From the NCBI GenBank assembly GCA_021731145.1, contig JAKFXX010000007.1, positions 72,108-136,107 on the forward strand: DNA of 64,000 nt, read 5' to 3'. The position numbers and the translations under genes are program-made. The notes under the pieces were generated by a model. That model had not been told where the DNA came from and made no database searches. It worked only from the letters and a program-made list of their open reading frames with translations. This DNA comes from Gammaproteobacteria bacterium. Lineage in GTDB: Bacteria; Pseudomonadota; Gammaproteobacteria; Ga0077554; Ga007554. Positions 62,826 through 64,000 of the stretch are shown in pieces (the stretch's first letter is position 1; each line of letters starts with the position of its first letter).

Positions 62826-62868
62826 CCCATTCAGCCTCTGTTCAGCCTCGATGAGATAGCCTGTAATC
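62826..62868 (+). promoter_or_regulatory. Shared promoter motif copy B (TTCAGC-N5-TTCAGC + TAGCCT)
   Basis: cccATTCAGCctctGTTCAGCctcgatgagaTAGCCTgta. TTCAGC at 62830 and 62841. Lies about 45-85 bp upstream of the ATG at 62911. Confidence 0.5.
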
Positions 62869-62910
62869 GCCTGCAATAATCAGGCGTGCCAACTACCGGA
62901 GGAGATAACA

Positions 62911-63519
62911 ATGAAGCCCTCAATGCTTGTTCTAGGTCTGGCCTTATCATCCCTTGCCGTTTCGTCTAATGCCGTCGCCGGCGATGATAATGACCGCTAT
63001 GATCGTTCCTATGGCAGGGGCTATCATAATGGCGATTATGGGCGCCATGAGCGTCACGGCCATCATGGTCGTCGCTCTGATGATTTTGCCAGAGTGATTG
63101 ATGTCGATCCCATCATCGAAATTTCGCGCACGCCGTACAATCGGCAGCAATGTTGGGATGAGCAGGTAACTTATTCCGGACGCAGCCGCCATGATGCTGC
63201 GGGTGCGATGATTCTTGGCGGCATAGTGGGTGGCGTGGTTGGCAATCAGGTGGGCGAAGGGCGTGGCAGGGATGTCGCCACATTGCTTGGGACGCTGGTG
63301 GGCGCCTCCATCGGCCATGACATGAGCGGGAGAAACGCGCCCCCCACTCCCGTAGTGAACCAGCGCTGCCGCAACATCACCCAGTATGATGAAAGCGAGC
63401 GTGTTGCTGGTTACCGCGTGACGTACTCTTATAGGGGGCAAACCTATGTAACGCGCACCGACAGTCATCCCGGCTCGATGATCAGAGTCAGTTCGGCGGT
63501 TACGTCGTATGACGATTGA
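62911..63519 (+). CDS. Glycine-zipper (17-kDa-antigen/YMGG-like) secreted protein with a His/Arg/Asp-rich N-terminal region
   Basis: Signal peptide. GDDNDRYDRSYGRGYHNGDYGRHERHGHHGRRSDD. Glycine zipper GAMILGGIVGGVVGNQVGEG...LLGTLVGASIG. Confidence 0.8.
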   Translation: MKPSMLVLGLALSSLAVSSNAVAGDDNDRYDRSYGRGYHNGDYGRHERHGHHGRRSDDFARVIDVDPIIEISRTPYNRQQCWDEQVTYSGRSRHDAAGAMILGGIVGGVVGNQVGEGRGRDVATLLGTLVGASIGHDMSGRNAPPTPVVNQRCRNITQYDESERVAGYRVTYSYRGQTYVTRTDSHPGSMIRVSSAVTSYDD

Positions 63520-63808
63520 GATTTCGAGGTGGATTGCCCGTATATTACAAGGTGGTGTGCTGGCAGCACTATTGGTAGTGTGGGTAATGCCCGCCCACGC
63601 CGCCCTCCGGGTCGCGGATCATCAACGGCGGCAATTGACGCTCGATGATGCCGTCGCCGAGGTGCGTCAGGCAACGGCGGGGCGGGTGGTGTCGGCGGAT
63701 GCGGCGGAGATACAGGGACGAGCGATGTTTCGTATCAAGGTGCTCACCACCTCCGGGCAGGTGCGTATCTTCATGGTCGAGCCGGAGGGCGGTAAACGGT
63801 TTGAATAA
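63509..63808 (+). CDS. PepSY-domain protein
   Basis: The start overlaps the upstream stop. Signal/TM GVLAALLVVWVMPAHA. LDDAVAEVRQATAGRVVSADAAEIQGRAMFRIKVLTTSGQVRIFMV. Confidence 0.75.
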   Translation: MTIEISRWIARILQGGVLAALLVVWVMPAHAALRVADHQRRQLTLDDAVAEVRQATAGRVVSADAAEIQGRAMFRIKVLTTSGQVRIFMVEPEGGKRFE

Positions 63809-63828
63809 ACCTAAAAACCTCAGATGTA

Positions 63829-63960
63829 AGCCACAGAGTTCACAGAGAACACAGAGGTGATACGGGTTCTGCGTGTTTATTCTGATCACCGGGCGGGTGA
63901 GGAAAAAATCCACCGTAACTCATGAGTTTTTCTTCTGTGAACTCTGTGTTCTCTGTGGCT
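63829..63960. repeat. MITE/REP-like element with cacagag-module inverted termini
   Basis: Left agccacagag-ttcacagag-aacacagag (63829-63857). Right ttctgtgaa-ctctgtgtt-ctctgtggct (63933-63960). About 75-bp core. Confidence 0.65.
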
Positions 63961-64000
63961 AACCGCTTTTTTTAGAATAACGAGCGAAGGGTGGGCGATG

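Noticed and set aside
1-64000. CRISPR arrays, tRNA/rRNA genes, transposases, integrases and prophage genes
   Set aside because: I saw no regularly spaced repeat-spacer arrays, no cloverleaf-compatible conserved tRNA segments, and no ORFs with DDE, tyrosine-recombinase or serine-recombinase signatures. tRNAscan or Infernal scans would be needed for certainty.

Overview
This 64-kb window looks betaproteobacterial. That is an inference from core-gene synteny (topA-smg-dprA-LysM / def-fmt-rsmB-DUF4390-ntrYX-trkAH), a cytochrome c-551/552 gene, a PEP-CTERM protein and several REP-type hairpin families; I cannot verify it here. All domain calls were made by eye from motifs in the supplied translations. 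No HMM or BLAST search was run.

Layout:
(1) 1-31.9 kb is an accessory, entirely plus-strand envelope block. It holds a PEP-CTERM protein, a PBP-like secreted protein, and a two-partner-secretion pair (TpsB plus a 3454-aa FHA-like TpsA). These are followed by an ExbB channel with a large periplasmic DUF2341/LamG extension, ExbD, TonB, a porin-like barrel, a coiled-coil protein, a CPBP (CAAX-type) protease and a DsbA-like lipoprotein. The block ends with a hybrid T2SS/T4P-like machine: GspF, GspE, PilMNOP-like proteins, a lipoprotein TPR-secretin with a cohesin-like C-terminus, and four GspG-like pseudopilins.
(2) 31.9-47.3 kb is conserved housekeeping core.
(3) 47.3-50.6 kb carries a split class II ribonucleotide reductase (nrdJa/nrdJb) behind a promoter with an NrdR box.
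(4) 50.6-52.7 kb is a visibly AT-richer islet. It contains a truncated P-loop ATPase and an HTH-GHKL-DUF4325 gene preceded by three 22-bp-phased direct repeats.
(5) 52.7-62.2 kb encodes IclR, a divergent transketolase-like enzyme, ComEA-like protein, a DUF1537 kinase and glcD-glcE-GST-glcF.
(6) 62.3-64 kb encodes cytochrome c, a His-rich glycine-zipper protein and PepSY. Two of these promoters share a roughly 43-bp motif with 11-bp-phased TTCAGC repeats.

I recognised no rRNA, tRNA, CRISPR array, transposase or integrase. The most interesting candidate for an undescribed system is the physical coupling of a giant TPS fibre, a dedicated Ton-like motor and a cohesin-tagged secretin machine.
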